From: Octopus vulgaris
Lineage: Eukaryota
NCBI GenBank assembly: GCA_951406725.2
Contig: OX597818.1
Span: forward strand, 127,596,001 to 127,660,000
Direction of reading: 5' to 3'
Length of the DNA stretch: 64,000 bases
Part shown: in pieces, positions 15,904 through 30,397 of the stretch
Numbering within the stretch: position 1 is the stretch's first letter
Layout: every line of letters begins with the position of its first letter
The notes under the pieces: model-generated
Told to the model about the DNA's origin: nothing
Databases searched by the model: none
The model's input: the letters and a program-made list of their open reading frames with translations, nothing else
Program-made: the position numbers and the translations under genes

Positions 15904-15948
15904 AAATGACTGAGCACCTCGCGTCGTTCCTTATCCTCCAAGTTTTAG

Positions 15949-16059
<111 letters not shown>

Positions 16060-16067
16060 CTCTTTAC

Positions 16068-16114
<47 letters not shown>

Positions 16115-16117
16115 CAT

Positions 16118-16169
<52 letters not shown>

Positions 16170-16184
16170 CATATATATATATAT

Positions 16185-16243
<59 letters not shown>

Positions 16244-16351
16244 CCTGCTCGCTTAGCCAGCGGGGTGGCGTCATTCGAAGGCTAAAACAATGCGAACGCA
16301 TTGTGACCAGCGATGTGTAACAACATCTGATGGTCTGGTCGGTCACGTGAT

Positions 16352-16458
<107 letters not shown>

Positions 16459-16865
16459 ATGCACTCAACGAGACTGAAGACTACACATTTTTTAAAATTT
16501 CCACGCCACCCCAGTTTCACTAAAGAATAACACAGGTCGAACGGCTTCTGAAGATATTTACGTTTCACGTCGATGACTCACTCGGGTTGGGATGGGTGTA
16601 ATCTGTTAACTTTATTTATTTTATTGATTTATTGGTTTGTTTGTTTTAAATCGTTTCACATCACCAAACATTTCGGCCAACCAGTTGAATATTCGCAAGC
16701 AATCGTCCAAATCTTATTGCCGTTCCTTAAAAATCCTTTCTTGTTTATCATATTCTTTATAGATACATACGTGCATACATATATGCATATACATATTTAC
16801 ACATATAAAAACACGTATATATACATATAATACACACACACACATATATATATATATATACACAT

Positions 16866-16912
<47 letters not shown>

Positions 16913-16928
16913 TAGATATATGCACACA

Positions 16929-16995
<67 letters not shown>

Positions 16996-17149
16996 ATATA
17001 TATATAAATTTGCACGAAGCGTAAAGATGCATAAAAGCATTCACCTGCTAGAAATAAGAGCTAAAGTCTTAATTAAACCGCCATACAGCACCAAAATAAC
17101 AGAGAAATAACAGTAGGCGAGGAAAAGGAAACGTAACGGCCTTAATTGT

Positions 17150-17187
<38 letters not shown>

Positions 17188-17763
17188 GCGCATGTGTGTG
17201 TATACATATTGTTGTATCTCGTGAGGATCCCTATGCCCACGATAAACACATGCACGGTTTCTATTTCACTTATTTATTCTTATTTGTCAATTGCCTAACC
17301 ATTTAACCAATTTGCTAATCGATTGTTTGATTAATCATTTAGTTACTCAATCAGCTAGGTTTTTCAAAGTTCTTTCGTCGCCATTCGTAATCTCATCAAC
17401 GACATGGTCTGTGACCAGAAGTAGGCCTGGCGTAGAGACAGCATATCAATGATGGGGTTGCGAATGGCAACAAAACAACTTTGATAAATCTGGTTGATTG
17501 ATCAGTTAATTAGTTTCATGGTTAACCAAATTCCAAATAAGGAAAAAGAATTGTAACGAAAGCAGCACGTGTTTATTGTTGTCATAACGACCCTCCTAAA
17601 ATACAACAAACTATGTTTCAACACTGGAGCTTGCATCAAAGATCTTGCAAACCAAATGCAAAAACGAAATATGTGTATACGTACAAGCGCGCGCACAAAC
17701 GCACACACACACACAAACACACACATACACACACACACAAACAAACAAACACACGCCCAGCTA

Positions 17764-18885
17764 CACACACACCCGTGTCCTCCACTATCCATGACCTCAT
17801 CTCCTTCTCCCGTCTCCCCCACCGCCTCTAACCTCATTGTCCGCACCCCTCGCACCCCCACAATTTACTTCCTCCCCAAAAGCTACAAACCTAACAACCC
17901 TGGCCGCCCCATCGTCTCCGCCTCCAACTGCCCCACCGAACTCATCTCCAGATATTTTGACCGTGTCCTTGCCCGCCTAGTGGCTTCCTCCACTATTACA
18001 TCCATGACACCAACCCTGCTCTTCGTTTGTTCAACTCTTTCTCCTTCCCTCCTGGCCCTTCTAAACTTCTCTTCACTCTTGACATCAAGATACACTGTGA
18101 TCTCTCACCACATTTCCTTGATCTTCGACCCAACGCTCAACCTGGCACATCCACACTCATTCGTCTGGTCGAACTTTTCTTCTCACTTAACAGGTTCTCG
18201 TTCTCGGATGATTTTTACCAACAGTATTCGGGAGTCGCCATGGGAACGAGAATGGGCCCCAACTATGCGAGCCTATTCGTTGGCTACGTTGAGGCCCAAA
18301 TATTCTCAAGTTTCACTGGTCCCACTCCAGAACTATACGGTCGTTATATTGACGACTTGATCGGTGCAACCTCATTCTCCCGCGAACATCTACACTCCTT
18401 CCTCTCTTCTGTCAAATCTTTCCATCCTACCTTCCACTTCTCCTGCACTATTTCCGACACTTCAATCGCCTTTCTCGACATTTCGGCCAGCATTCATCAC
18501 TCCACTTTCACCACTTCCATCCACTACAAACACTCAGACTCACACTCATACCTCAACTTCTCCTCCTCCCACCCTAAACACACCAAGCTCTCCATCTTCT
18601 ATTCCCAATTCCTCCTTCTACGCAGGCTCTGCAGTGACAACCATACTTTGAGACTCAGTCTCAACTCATGGCTCGCCACTTCATCCTACGTGGATATCCC
18701 CTCATCACTGTCCACACAGTCCTTACCAGAGCACGTTCCGTCGACCGTGCATCTGCTCTCTCCCCCGCACCCGCATCCGCCCGCCGTCACCCGTCTTCCG
18801 TTTCCTTTTACCTGCCACCCCACCACCCTTCCTTTCCAACACACTGTTCTTCAAGCCTTCCAGCGACTCCAGTCCGACTTCTTGT
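17764..18885 (+). pseudogene. Penelope-like element reverse transcriptase (frameshifted)
   Basis: PTIYFLPKSYKPNNPGRPIVSA..CPTELISRYFD; LFTLDIK; YQQYSGVAMGTRMGPNYASLFVG; YGRYIDD; IHYKHSDSHSYLNFSSSHPKHTKLSIFYSQF: characteristic PLE RT and thumb motifs. Confidence 0.9.
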
Positions 18886-18980
18886 TAGATAATGTGAACT
18901 CAATAAACAACAGCAACAGCAACAACAACAACATCGAAAAATACCTTAGGAATTAGAACCCAGGTTCGAAATTTCCCCAA

Positions 18981-19026
18981 GACACCTGATGAAGGCTGGA
19001 GGGTATATCAACCGAAACGTTGTGTT
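18981..19026 (+). ncRNA. Minimal type-I hammerhead ribozyme (family D), canonical core
   Basis: gacac-CUGAUGA-a-ggcug..caacc-GAAA-cGUU^-guguu; stem I GACAC/GUGUU; lies in a pLTR-like element at about 18930-19125, just downstream of the PLE RT. Confidence 0.75.
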
Positions 19027-19740
19027 AACAACAAACAAGATGAGGACAAATATCCGTCAAATGTAAATAATGTAAATAATGTAAATAATGTGCGTAATTC
19101 CTCATCTCTTAAATATGGAACTGAAGTACCAGGCTTATAAAAAAAAGTACTGGAGTCGATACATTGGTCTAAAAATTCTTCAAGGGTTGCCCCAACATGA
19201 CTGCAGTCAAATGATTGAAACAAGTAAAAGATAAACAGGGACGAGGGGAGAGTTGGCAAGGCTGTGTGGTTAAGGAGTTAAGAAGCTCGCTTTGTAACCA
19301 CGTGGCTCAGTCCCACACCACAGTACTTGACTTCTGCTATAATCCCAGACTAATCAATGAATTTAGTAGGCGCAAACTGTGTAGAAACTCGTCGTACATA
19401 ATGTGTGTGTGTGTGTGTCTGTCTGTCTTTGTGTATGTGTTTGTCCCACCACCACCAGCGTTTGTTAACCAGTCTTGGTTTGTTTATGTCCCCGTAAATT
19501 AGCCATTCAGCAAAAGAGTCCGATAGAATGGGTATCAGACTTTGAAAAATAAATTGGTATTGGGGTCGATATCATCGACTAAACCCTCATAAGCGTTGCC
19601 GCGCTTGACCGCAGTCCAATGACAAACAAGTAAAATATAAAAGAAGAAATGAAAGAGATGTATATGTGGATAAGTGCATGTGTAGGTGTAGGTGTGTGTA
19701 AGAGCATGTGTATTTCTCTGTTAACCTCTTTTTTTCTTAT

Positions 19741-20121
19741 TGGAAGCACTCCGTCGGTTACGACGACTAGGGTTCCGGTTGATCCGATCAACGGAACAGC
19801 CTGCTCGTGAAATTAACGTGTAAGTGGCTGAGCACTCCACAGACACGTGTACCCTTAACGTAGTTCTCGGGGATATTCAGCGTGACACAGAGTGTGACAA
19901 GGCCGGCCCTTTGAAATACAGGTATAACAGAAACAGGAAGTAAGAGTGAGAGAAAGTTGAGGGTGAAAGAGTACAGCAGGGATCACCACCATCCCTGTCG
20001 GAGCCTCGTGGAGCTTTAGGTGTTTTCGTTCAATAAACACTCACAACGCCCGGTCTGGGAATCGAAACCGCAATCCTACGACCGCGAGTCCGCTGCTCTA
20101 ACCACTGGGCCATTGCGCCTC
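19741..20121 (-). mobile_element. SINE family 3
   Basis: Near-identical to 12410-12795. Confidence 0.9.
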
Positions 20122-20256
20122 CTATTTTTTTTTTTATTTTCTTATTACACCACACACAAAACCACATTAAATACCATTTCACATATGCACTCTTTCATCT
20201 ATATAAGCACGGACATTATTTCTCTATTAACGCAAATACTTTCCATGCATGAACAC

Positions 20257-20473
20257 ACAAACATCGACGACGCTTTTATCTACACGCCATTAGGCGGTTT
20301 CTGCCCCGCCTGTAGACTGCAGCGCGAACCGAAGTCTGCAGGCGTGGCAACACTATCGTGGCCATTTTTTTTTACAAACATCGACGACGCTTTTATCTAC
20401 ACGCCATTAGGCGGTTTCTGCCCCGCCTGTAGACTGCAGCGCGAACCGAAGTCTGCAGGCGTGGCAACACTAT
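20257..20473. repeat. Perfect direct duplication of a 100-bp GC-rich, hairpin-forming unit (period 117)
   Basis: 20257-20356 is identical to 20374-20473; spacer CGTGGCCA(T)9. Confidence 0.95.
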
Positions 20474-20968
20474 GTCTAGCAAAAAAAAAAGGAAATAAAT
20501 AAAATAAGTGATGATCGCGGATTGCATGCCTTCGACCATGGGTGTTTGTTCGCTCATGTCTGATCTGGGGGTTAAACAACAGCAATAACACGCGTGACTT
20601 ACTCATTTTTCTGTCTTTATGTACTTAATGGAGTTAATAAATGGGAAAACAATGAGTGAGAATGTGTGTGCGTGTGTGTTTGTATCTGTGAGTGTGTGTG
20701 TATGTGCGTGTGTATATCTTCTTGATATATATATATGACTATATATATATATATAAATATATATATAACGGTTTGATTGATGGATATGCATATATCCCGT
20801 AACTTAGCTGTTCAGCCAAAGAGACCGATAAAATAAGTACCAGGCTTAAAGTAAAAATGTAAGTACTGGGGTCGACTCATTCGACTAAAAATTCAAGGCC
20901 GTGCTCCAGCATGGCCGCAGTCTAATGACTGAAATAGATAAACTATATATAAATATAAGTGTGTGTGA

Positions 20969-20999
<31 letters not shown>

Positions 21000-21147
21000 G
21001 CAGAACCCTTCTAATCATCATAGTTTACAGGGATATACAATCGACAATAACCTACGATATTAGTAGCCCCGTCAGAATCAGAAGTAACGCCTAGTTGATA
21101 ACAAACATCACACTGACAATGTCTCTGTGTATTTATATATTTTAATC

Positions 21148-21279
21148 CACTCATTGGCAAACTCTGGCCCGCAAGAATTTCTAATGAAAAATTACCTGGA
21201 AGTGTCTGGTACTACAGCCCGCCTGGCGATGAGCAACAGCTTATGAGGCCCGCTTCTCGGAAAAGGTTGCCTATGCCTG
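21148..21279. mobile_element. hAT (Charlie-like) MITE
   Basis: Right TIR AGGTTGCCTATGCCTG, degenerate left TIR, GGCCCGC subterminal motifs. 8-bp TSD TTTTAATC at 21140-21147 and 21280-21287. Confidence 0.7.
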
Positions 21280-21299
21280 TTTTAATCACTGTTAACAAT

Positions 21300-21520
21300 A
21301 TCAGATAGTTTTGTTTTTTGTTTGTGTCTAATTTATATTTATTTTGGCTCAACCGATATTCTCGAGATTCCATTGATCAATTTTGATAAATAAGTTTTAT
21401 AAGAACTAGGAGTATAGTTTAGGTTCTTTTCGACCGCAGGGTCTCGGAGGACATAATGTTAGTTGAAGGCTACCAAACCTGCCACACACACACAGACAAC
21501 TTCAGCTTTATATATATAGA
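21300..21520 (-). mobile_element. Possible non-autonomous Helitron 5' end
   Basis: Minus strand begins TCTATATATATAAAGCTGAAGTTGTCTGTGTGTG, a TC start followed by a microsatellite. Confidence 0.4.
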
Positions 21521-21621
21521 TATTGATATTAGTCACACTTTTCTTATCACCACCCAAAAACACACGTCTCAGAAAATCGTGATTCTGTAAATTATATGGG
21601 AGGTTCACGTTTTGATTTTAT

Positions 21622-22155
<534 letters not shown>

Positions 22156-22429
22156 AGCTGTATATATTTGTAATTATATTTCGGTTACTCAATCAGATTT
22201 TTTTAATGCTCTAGTAATTTCATCGCGGGTAATTACATCAACAGGCAAATTTGCCGCCTGCAAATTCATCACCTGATCATCATGTCAAAACATCATCAAG
22301 CTTTTTATCCTCGGAATAAATACATCGCTAAACATCATCTAAAGTTTTTAATTACAGATTACGCATTTCATAAACAATGAAACATAAATTTCGATGATAA
22401 TATAATTATTAATATCAAACTTATTCATA

Positions 22430-22760
22430 TAAACTTAGATAAACTTAGATATGTTTCGACCAAAGATTGGTCCAGGCCATGTCTAACTTAATAGCACCAC
22501 CTGATAGGATTATTCGAATCCTGTTTAAGTCAAGTTTTGTTCAAGTAGTGAGTTCTTGTTGGGTGAGTTGTATTCAATTATGGGTGGCTTATCTGGTATT
22601 CTTTTAAGGAATCTGTCCAGACTCCGTTTAAAGTTGATGGGATCCTTTTCCTCTTTGATCTCCCTCGGGACAATGTTAAATAAGGCAGGGCCTGTTGAGG
22701 AAAAGAAATTATGTTGCAGTGTACATGTATGTTGTGATCTTGAATTGGGCAGTCTTGGAT
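22430..22760 (-). pseudogene. CR1/L2-group LINE 3' end
   Basis: Minus: LQHNFFSSTGPALFNIVPREIKEEKDPINFKRSLDRFLKRIPDKP..NSLLEQ, then a 3'UTR ending in (TATCTAAGTT) repeats. Confidence 0.7.
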
Positions 22761-23113
22761 GATATATACGTGAAAAAATGCAAATTAAAGTTACTGTTAC
22801 AAATAGAAAAGGTACAATAATAAAGAGATGCAGTATGAAAATAGCGTTGTTTCAAAATGCTATATAATTATACCATATGTTGCATATGTATAAGTATGTA
22901 TGTGTACGTGAAGTATGTGTGTGTACATATACATATATATATATATATGTGTGTGTGTGTGTTTGTGTGTGTAAAGAGTATTTGAAGTTGTGTACAGATA
23001 ATGTATATCAAGAAGGAGGTAGTCAGAATTTTGGATAATCCTTTCGTTCGCTTAATCGAGAAGGAAAACGCTAATAAAGAATTATCTAATGTTTCTGTCT
23101 GCCTCTTTCTTCT

Positions 23114-23151
<38 letters not shown>

Positions 23152-23817
23152 CAGTTTGATTGATGGATATGCATATATCCCGTAACTTAGCTGTTCAGCC
23201 AAAGAGACCGATAAAATAAGTACCAGGCTTAAAGTAAAAATGTAAGTACTGGGGTCGACTCATTCGACTAAAAATTCAAGGCCGTGCTCCAGCATGGCCG
23301 CAGTCTAATGACTGAAATCGATAAACTATATATAAATATATAGTATATTTGTATGCATGTATATGTACGTATGTGCATATCTGTATCTTTTGTGTTTATC
23401 TCTTCACTGCTTGACAACCGGTGATGGTTTGATTACGTCTCATAACTTAGGGGTTCAGCAAAAGTACCGATAGAATAAATTCCTGATCTAAAATATGCCC
23501 TGGGATCGATCAGTTCGAATAGGCGTTGCTCCAGTATGACGAATTTACTGACGATGTGTCGCCTCGCGATATAACAACCTTATAATGAAATTAAATGGTA
23601 ACATTAAGTCCTTTAAATATCACTCTCTGAAGCCCTAAGACTCATAGCGCTGGTTAATTGGTTTCCATGGCATACACGTGAATGAGGCACTACAGTCCCT
23701 TTGAACGGGATGCCGGTGCGATGCAGGGTTATTCATTTACAGCTGAGTGGACTGGAGTAATATGAAGTAAAGTGTTTTACTCAAGAACACATCGCACCGC
23801 CTGCTCCGTGAAATAAT

Positions 23818-24363
23818 AATATAACATACAGAAAATTGCACTACTAGACACTGCACACATCCTACGCAGAACACTTTCCATACAATAACCATCAGAGCAT
23901 CACAACAAATCACAGCACATACCCAAGGCACACAGAGCTGCGCTCGGTAGTGAAGTGAAAGCACGCTATAAAAATAAAACTACTGAATAATAATAATAAT
24001 AATAATAACAACAAATGCAGAATATGCGGTGTGAGGAGTGAAACAGTGTGGCATATTGTAAGTAAATGCAAAAGATGCGACATGAGAATGTGGCAAGAAT
24101 GATCGCTTGGGAACTTTGTGGAAATTATGGCCTAGAAAGATCGAAGACGTACCCAATCCCTAAAGGAGTTATAGAGAATAAAGATTTTGAAATCCTGCGG
24201 AATGCAATGATTCTGTGTGACCATCAGATTAAACATCGGAAACCTGACATTGTGGTTAACAGAAAAGTAAAAACCTGCCAGATAACAGACATAGCACGTC
24301 CTGGTGACAACAGGTTTGGAGACAAAGAAGGAAAAGTAACTTTAATGAACTGAAGTGGGAAAC

Positions 24364-24434
<71 letters not shown>

Positions 24435-24763
24435 GACCTAGAAATAGAGGTAACCAGAATGTGGAATCTGAAAACAGAAACAATTCCTATCATAGTAGGT
24501 GCATTAGGCATGATAAAAAAATATTCAGACAAATACATAACAAAAACACCAGGACTTACAAACACATATAACATACAGAAAATTGCACTACTAGGCACTG
24601 CACACATCCTACGCAGAACACTTTCCATACAATAACCATCAGAGCATCACAACAAATCACAACACATACCCAAGGCACACAGATCTGCGCTCGGTAGTGA
24701 AGTGAAAGCACGCTATAAAAATAAAACTACTGAATAATAATAATAATAATAATAATAATGATG

Positions 24764-24821
<58 letters not shown>

Positions 24822-24995
24822 TAATAATAATAATAACCTAGTGGTGGTCGACAAGATGCACCACATGTGCTATATAGTTGATGTCGCGTGCCCCTTTGAC
24901 CCACAAAAAGTCAAGAAGGAAGGCGAAAAATATAGATAAATACAACCCTCTTAAGTACGAAATAGTCTGACTATGGAAAATGAAGATAGTGCCAT
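23818..24995 (+). mobile_element. Cluster of R4/Dong-like (restriction-like endonuclease) non-LTR fragments separated by (TAA)n
   Basis: KCRICGVRSETVWHIVSKC, RHENVAR, KHRKPDIVV (24012-24350); KDLEIEVTRMW..IPIIVGALG..IQKIALLGTAHILRRTL* plus 3'UTR (24432-24733; shorter copy 23818-23986); IVDVACPFD (24838-24995). Confidence 0.85.
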
Positions 24996-25636
24996 TATTA
25001 TTATTATTATTATTAATATTATAGTAGAATCGTTAGCACGCCGGACAAAATGCTTAGTGGTGTTTCATCCAACTTTACGTTCTAAGTTCAAACTCCGCCG
25101 AGGTCGACTTTACCTTTCATCCTTTCGGAGTCGATAAATCAAGTACCAGTTGAGTACAGGTGTGTTTATGTCATCGACCATCCCCCTCCCTTAGAAATTG
25201 TTGGCCTTGTGTCAAAATTCGAAACCGCTATTGTTGTTGTTGCTGTCACTATTTCTTTCCAGCTATAGCAAATTGTTTGCAATTTGCAAGTCGATCACGA
25301 ATCTCACAATAGACTGTTGTGAGACGATTTAATGGAGCAGTACGTAACATAAGTCATGGTTGAATTCCAAAGAATTAGAGAGCGGGATATTAAAAAGCTA
25401 GGCGAGTGGCGTCAGAGGAAATTATGTACATATGATTTAATGTTGCTTAGGAGACACTTAAGGGCTAAAAAATTGAAAAACAAGAAAAAGAAATCTGAAA
25501 GGAGGGGCAACATCTACATTTTGTGTAACTTTTGTTTGCTTTAATTGTCTCTGTTTGTATAGATGTGTATTTACATACACACGCACACAACCCCCTCAAA
25601 CACCTAAACCCACCCACACAAACACACACACATACA

Positions 25637-25694
<58 letters not shown>

Positions 25695-25759
25695 TACACA
25701 CACGCACACACACACGCACACACACATGCATGCACATACACACAGTCTTTATAATAAGT

Positions 25760-26000
25760 ACTCAGGAAAAGAGCGACTAGCTGATCTTCTTCGGCACCCA
25801 AGGTTTCCCTAAAAACGTCGTCGAACTTTTCCTCCACTAATCCTCTATAAAAGATAAAGTGAACTACCACCTATCGCTATGTCTGATTGGCTGAGGGCTG
25901 TGAGCGCTTGAAGGCATTCCACTTTCCAAATGCTCCCCCTCGTAATAATAATAATCATTCCAGTAGCTGTAGGGGCACTCGGAGCACTAACTACAAAGTT
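25760..26000 (+). repeat. ~240-bp segment duplicated at 29125-29365, including a TAA junction and the start of an R4 fragment
   Basis: CTCAGGAAAAGAGCG...CTCCCCCTCGTAATAAT..CATTCCAGTAGCTGTAGG..ACTACAAA occurs twice with few differences. Confidence 0.9.
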
Positions 26001-26144
26001 ATAAGAATTTAGAAACTTCGAGAGACGTGAAATAATTAGCTTTTAACGGTAAAACACGAAGTAGATAAAGCTATAAATATAATCATTTATTTATGCCTGT
26101 GTGTGTGTGCGCGCGTGCGAGCGAGCATGCGTGTGTGTGTGCGT

Positions 26145-26206
<62 letters not shown>

Positions 26207-26309
26207 TAGGATGGCTGAGCGGCTTAAGATGTCAGACTCATGTTCTGGCACACGAATGTGGGCGTGTGTTCGGATCCCACTTCTGGCAGATAATTTTTTT
26301 TTTATAGTT

Positions 26310-26690
26310 GCAGGCGTGTCTGTGTAGTAAGAAGTTTGCTTCCCAGCCACATGGTTCCGGTTTCAATCCCACTTAGCGGCACTTTGGGCAAATGTCTTCT
26401 ACTACAGCCTCAGGCTAACTAAAGCTTTGTAAATGGATTAGGTAAACAGAAACTGAAAGAAGCCCATCGTTTGTGTGTGTATGTGTGTGCGTGTGCGTGT
26501 TTGTCTCCCACTACTGCTTGACAACCGGTGTTGATGTGTTTACGTCCCGGTAACTTAGCGTTTCGGGCAAAGAGGCCGATGGAATAAGTATCAAGCTTTA
26601 AAAAAATATAAATACATTCGACTGAAAACTCTTCAAGGCGTGCCCCAACATGACTGAAGTTAAATGACTGAAACAACTAACAGAATAAAA
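26310..26690 (+). mobile_element. SINE family 2 (diverged)
   Basis: Head, CORE-like segment and tail are recognisable. Confidence 0.8.
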
Positions 26691-26734
26691 GAAAATATAA
26701 AAGACGTATAGGCATATAAGATGTATATGCATAT

Positions 26735-27140
26735 GGTGGCTGCCCCCTCGTTATCGAGTATGGCCATTGCACGAAGCTTAATCAATGTTGTTATCGTGCA
26801 ATGCCCGTGCAAGAAAATTTCTTTTTAAAGTGAGGAAAGGCTGTGCACTGAGTCAATCCCACTCACTAAGCAACAGCAGCCATAATCCAAAAAAGAAGAA
26901 CAAGTCAACATCATCGGTAACCACTGAGCCGCAGGTTTTACGTCAGAGTTATCCCAGTTATCTGAGTTACCTTCTCCTAGAAGGATTCCCTAACAAAGGC
27001 TAGGAGTCCTTCATTCCTAATGGTTTAATCGCGCGATCGAGTATTCAGTCCGATTATTTCTATGTCCCCGCGCATGATACAGCCTTAAGGCATTTATTGG
27101 ATGGCCGTTGACTCTCAAGAGTTCCTCCGCCCTTTGAAAC
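26735..27140 (-). mobile_element. Non-autonomous RTE derivative (5'UTR joined to 3' terminal hairpin)
   Basis: Minus strand carries CTAGGAGAAGGTAACTC..TAAAACC (5'UTR-type motif) and terminal GCCATACTCGATAACGAGGGGGCAGCC, which resembles the RTE end at 51038-51060. Confidence 0.55.
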
Positions 27141-27214
27141 ATATAGCCACATATATATAGGCATATAGGTGTGTGTACACGTGTAGATGTATATATGTAT
27201 GTATGTTTTTTATT

Positions 27215-27762
<548 letters not shown>

Positions 27763-28039
27763 TGTATATATCTATTTACGTAATGACATGGAAGCAGCAT
27801 GACGAAGTGGTCAAGAAGTTTGCTTCACAATCACGAGCTCTCAGGTTCGATCTCTCTGCGTAGCATCTTGCGCAAGTATCTTTAACCATTTGTAAGATTT
27901 GTAAGTAAAACTGCATAGATGGAAACTGTGAAAATCCATCAGAAGGTTAGTATTAACCCAAATATTATTACTATCAATAACAATCGTTTTCAAAATTGCT
28001 GGCACAAGGCCAACAATTCTGAGATCATTTTGCTGATCC

Positions 28040-28096
<57 letters not shown>

Positions 28097-28117
<21 letters not shown>

Positions 28118-28575
28118 TTGCTACAGCAAATATTCTGCTCAATACCACAGATTTGCTTGTCAGTTGTTTGACCTTAACCAGTTGAGCATGTCCCTTAGTG
28201 GCTGACGATATGTGCATCTCTGATCACGAGCAGAAGTAGTGGGGGAGCATCATAGCCATGTGTTGAGAGGGATTCTTTGGGGTTTGAATAATTCACCTCT
28301 GGAAACATGGGTGGTTCTTTCAACATCCTTAAACAACCCTTATTCAGGGACCGTTTGAGCGGGATGGGCTACTCAACCTGAAGAAAATTCTAACTGGGCC
28401 CCACCTGCAAGGTCATGTGCTGTTTATCTTGATATGAGATCACCACGTCGCGCACATATTGTTGTGATGCATGTGCCTGGTGTACCCTTATCAGACGGGT
28501 AGTCATGATGGATATATTGGGCTTCGTATATTTTACCCCAGTGTCACTTTGATGGCATGCACTGCTCTCTCACTC
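28097..28575 (+). mobile_element. Unclassified ~480-bp insertion bounded by (TAA)n on both sides
   Basis: Sharp boundaries with TAA arrays; no clear ORF. Confidence 0.5.
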
Positions 28576-28599
28576 AATAATAATAATAATAATATTTTG

Positions 28600-29035
28600 G
28601 GACTGTTGCTTTTTCCTTTCCATTTTTCCAGTTACAGGGCACCATTCTCGCCACTTTCATCTACCTTTCAGCAAACTGGCTAGAAGATAACACTTTCCTC
28701 TCTGCCGTTATTTTCCTTTTCAAGTGAAATTTGAAGAAGTTTATCAGAGATTGACCAAAGAGAAAAGCGTTTGACTTCAACCCTTTCAATATCATCCACC
28801 ATACAACCTCTTTCGCCATGGTCACTAGGCATATAAAGCAGCCTTTCCTTTCCGGTTAATGGAAGGCAGCGGGGCGATTTTCACAATGGATTCAGTTAAC
28901 AGCCGGATCCGTCCCATACCTGACAGTAGGTGTTCGATATAAATCCATAGGTCAGCAATGCTCAGGCACTGGACGAGTGCATGCAGGACCGTCGTCCTAT
29001 GCGCATCTCAGGCATGCTCGACTGACAGCACTTTC
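28600..29035 (-). pseudogene. L1/Tx1-like LINE C-terminal fragment
   Basis: Minus: TVLHALVQCLSIADLWIYIE...CFICLVTMAKEVVWWMILKGL...LINFFKFHLKRKITAER. Confidence 0.6.
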
Positions 29036-29319
29036 GTACCTGTAAAGTTTATCTTGAAGATCCCCGGTAGCACTGTCAGGCCAGAGATTTTTGGAAATTA
29101 TCCATTGGTCCCGGCCCGAAAATTCTCAGGAAAAGAGCGGCTAGCTGATCTTCTTCGGCACCCAAGGTTTCCCTAAAAACGTCGTCGAACTTTTCCTCCA
29201 CTAATCCCCTATAAAAGATAAAGTGGACTACCACCTATCGCTATGTCTGATTGGCTGAGGGCTGTGAGCGCTTGAAGGTATTCCACTTTCCAAATGCTCC
29301 CCCTCGTAATAATAATAAT

Positions 29320-29473
29320 AATCATTCCAGTAGCTGTAGGCGCACTCGGAGCACTAACTACAAAATTCGAGAAATATGTCAGAGAAATCGGAATTGATAT
29401 GAGAGCAGAGCGAGCCCCAAAAAGCAGTTCTGCTGGGGACAGCTAGGACATGAGATTGGTATTTGGATGTTGA
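29320..29473 (+). pseudogene. R4/Dong-like C-terminal fragment after (TAA)n
   Basis: IIPVAVGALGALTTKFEKYVREIGI...AVLLGTART. Confidence 0.75.
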
Positions 29474-29831
29474 ATGTCTCCCACGATAATTAACAACTAA
29501 GTATCATAGCTTATAATGTGCTGAAATACACCCTTTGATACCTCTGACAACAGGTTAATCAAGAACTGCAAAAGAGGGGAAAGAAAGTCTTAGTTTCTCA
29601 TCTTGTATCCAAGCTACCAACTGATGCTCGCTCTTATCTAAACAATCCTAAATAATCTCAATTGTTTGCTCTACTATTTCATTCGATAACAATGACAGCT
29701 CATGTATATTTACAACATTGGAGCCCATTCTGGCTATTTTTATCATAGCAGGTAATTAAACCGGCTACTTTGCTTTAATCTCACGCTCTCACATACATAC
29801 ACCTACACATGTAAACACATATAAACATACA

Positions 29832-30397
29832 TACATACATACACGCACAAGCACACATATAAACATACATACACGCACACGCACACATATATATTTCTTT
29901 ACTACCCACAAGGGGCTAAACATAGAGAGGACAGACAAACGGATTAAGTCGATTACATCGACCCCCAGTGCGAAACTGGTACTTTTATTTATCGACCCCG
30001 AAAGGATGAAGGGCAAAGTGGACCTCGGCGGAATTTGAACTCAGAACGTAACGACAGACGAAATACCGCTAAGCATTCCGCCCGGTGCGCTAACGTGTAT
30101 GTATAATCATACATACATACACGCACAAGCACACATATAAACATACATACACGCACACGCACACATATATATTTCTTTACTACCCACAAGGGGCTAAACA
30201 TAGAGAGGACAGACAAACGGATTAAGTCGATTACATCGACCCCCAGTGCGAAACTGGTACTTTTATTTATCGACCCCGAAAGGATGAAGGGCAAAGTGGA
30301 CCTCGGCGGAATTTGAACTCAGAACGTAACGACAGACGAAATACCGCTAAGCATTCCGCCCGGTGCGCTAACGTGTATGTATAATCATACATACATA
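29832..30397 (-). repeat. Tandem duplication (278-bp period) of SINE family 1 plus flanking microsatellite
   Basis: Two apparently identical units (e.g. 29891 and 30169). Confidence 0.9.

Noticed and set aside
16555-16590. Minus-strand CCGAGUGA-GUC-AUC-GAC-GU-GAAA-CGUA hammerhead-like string
   Set aside because: Needs two insertions and has no stem I; too degenerate to call.
17360-17402. Minus-strand UUGAUGAG...CGAAAG
   Set aside because: Stem II does not pair and no cleavage triplet or stem I is present.
20257-20473. CRISPR-like or HDV-ribozyme reading of the 100-bp duplication
   Set aside because: Only two long units in a eukaryotic context; P1/P3/P1.1 of an HDV fold could not be assembled convincingly.
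26205-26290. tRNA-like sequence GGATGGCTGAGCGGCTTAAG...GTTCGGATCCCAC
   Set aside because: Stems are degenerate; more likely a tRNA pseudogene or SINE head than a functional tRNA. The same applies to all SINE heads in the window.
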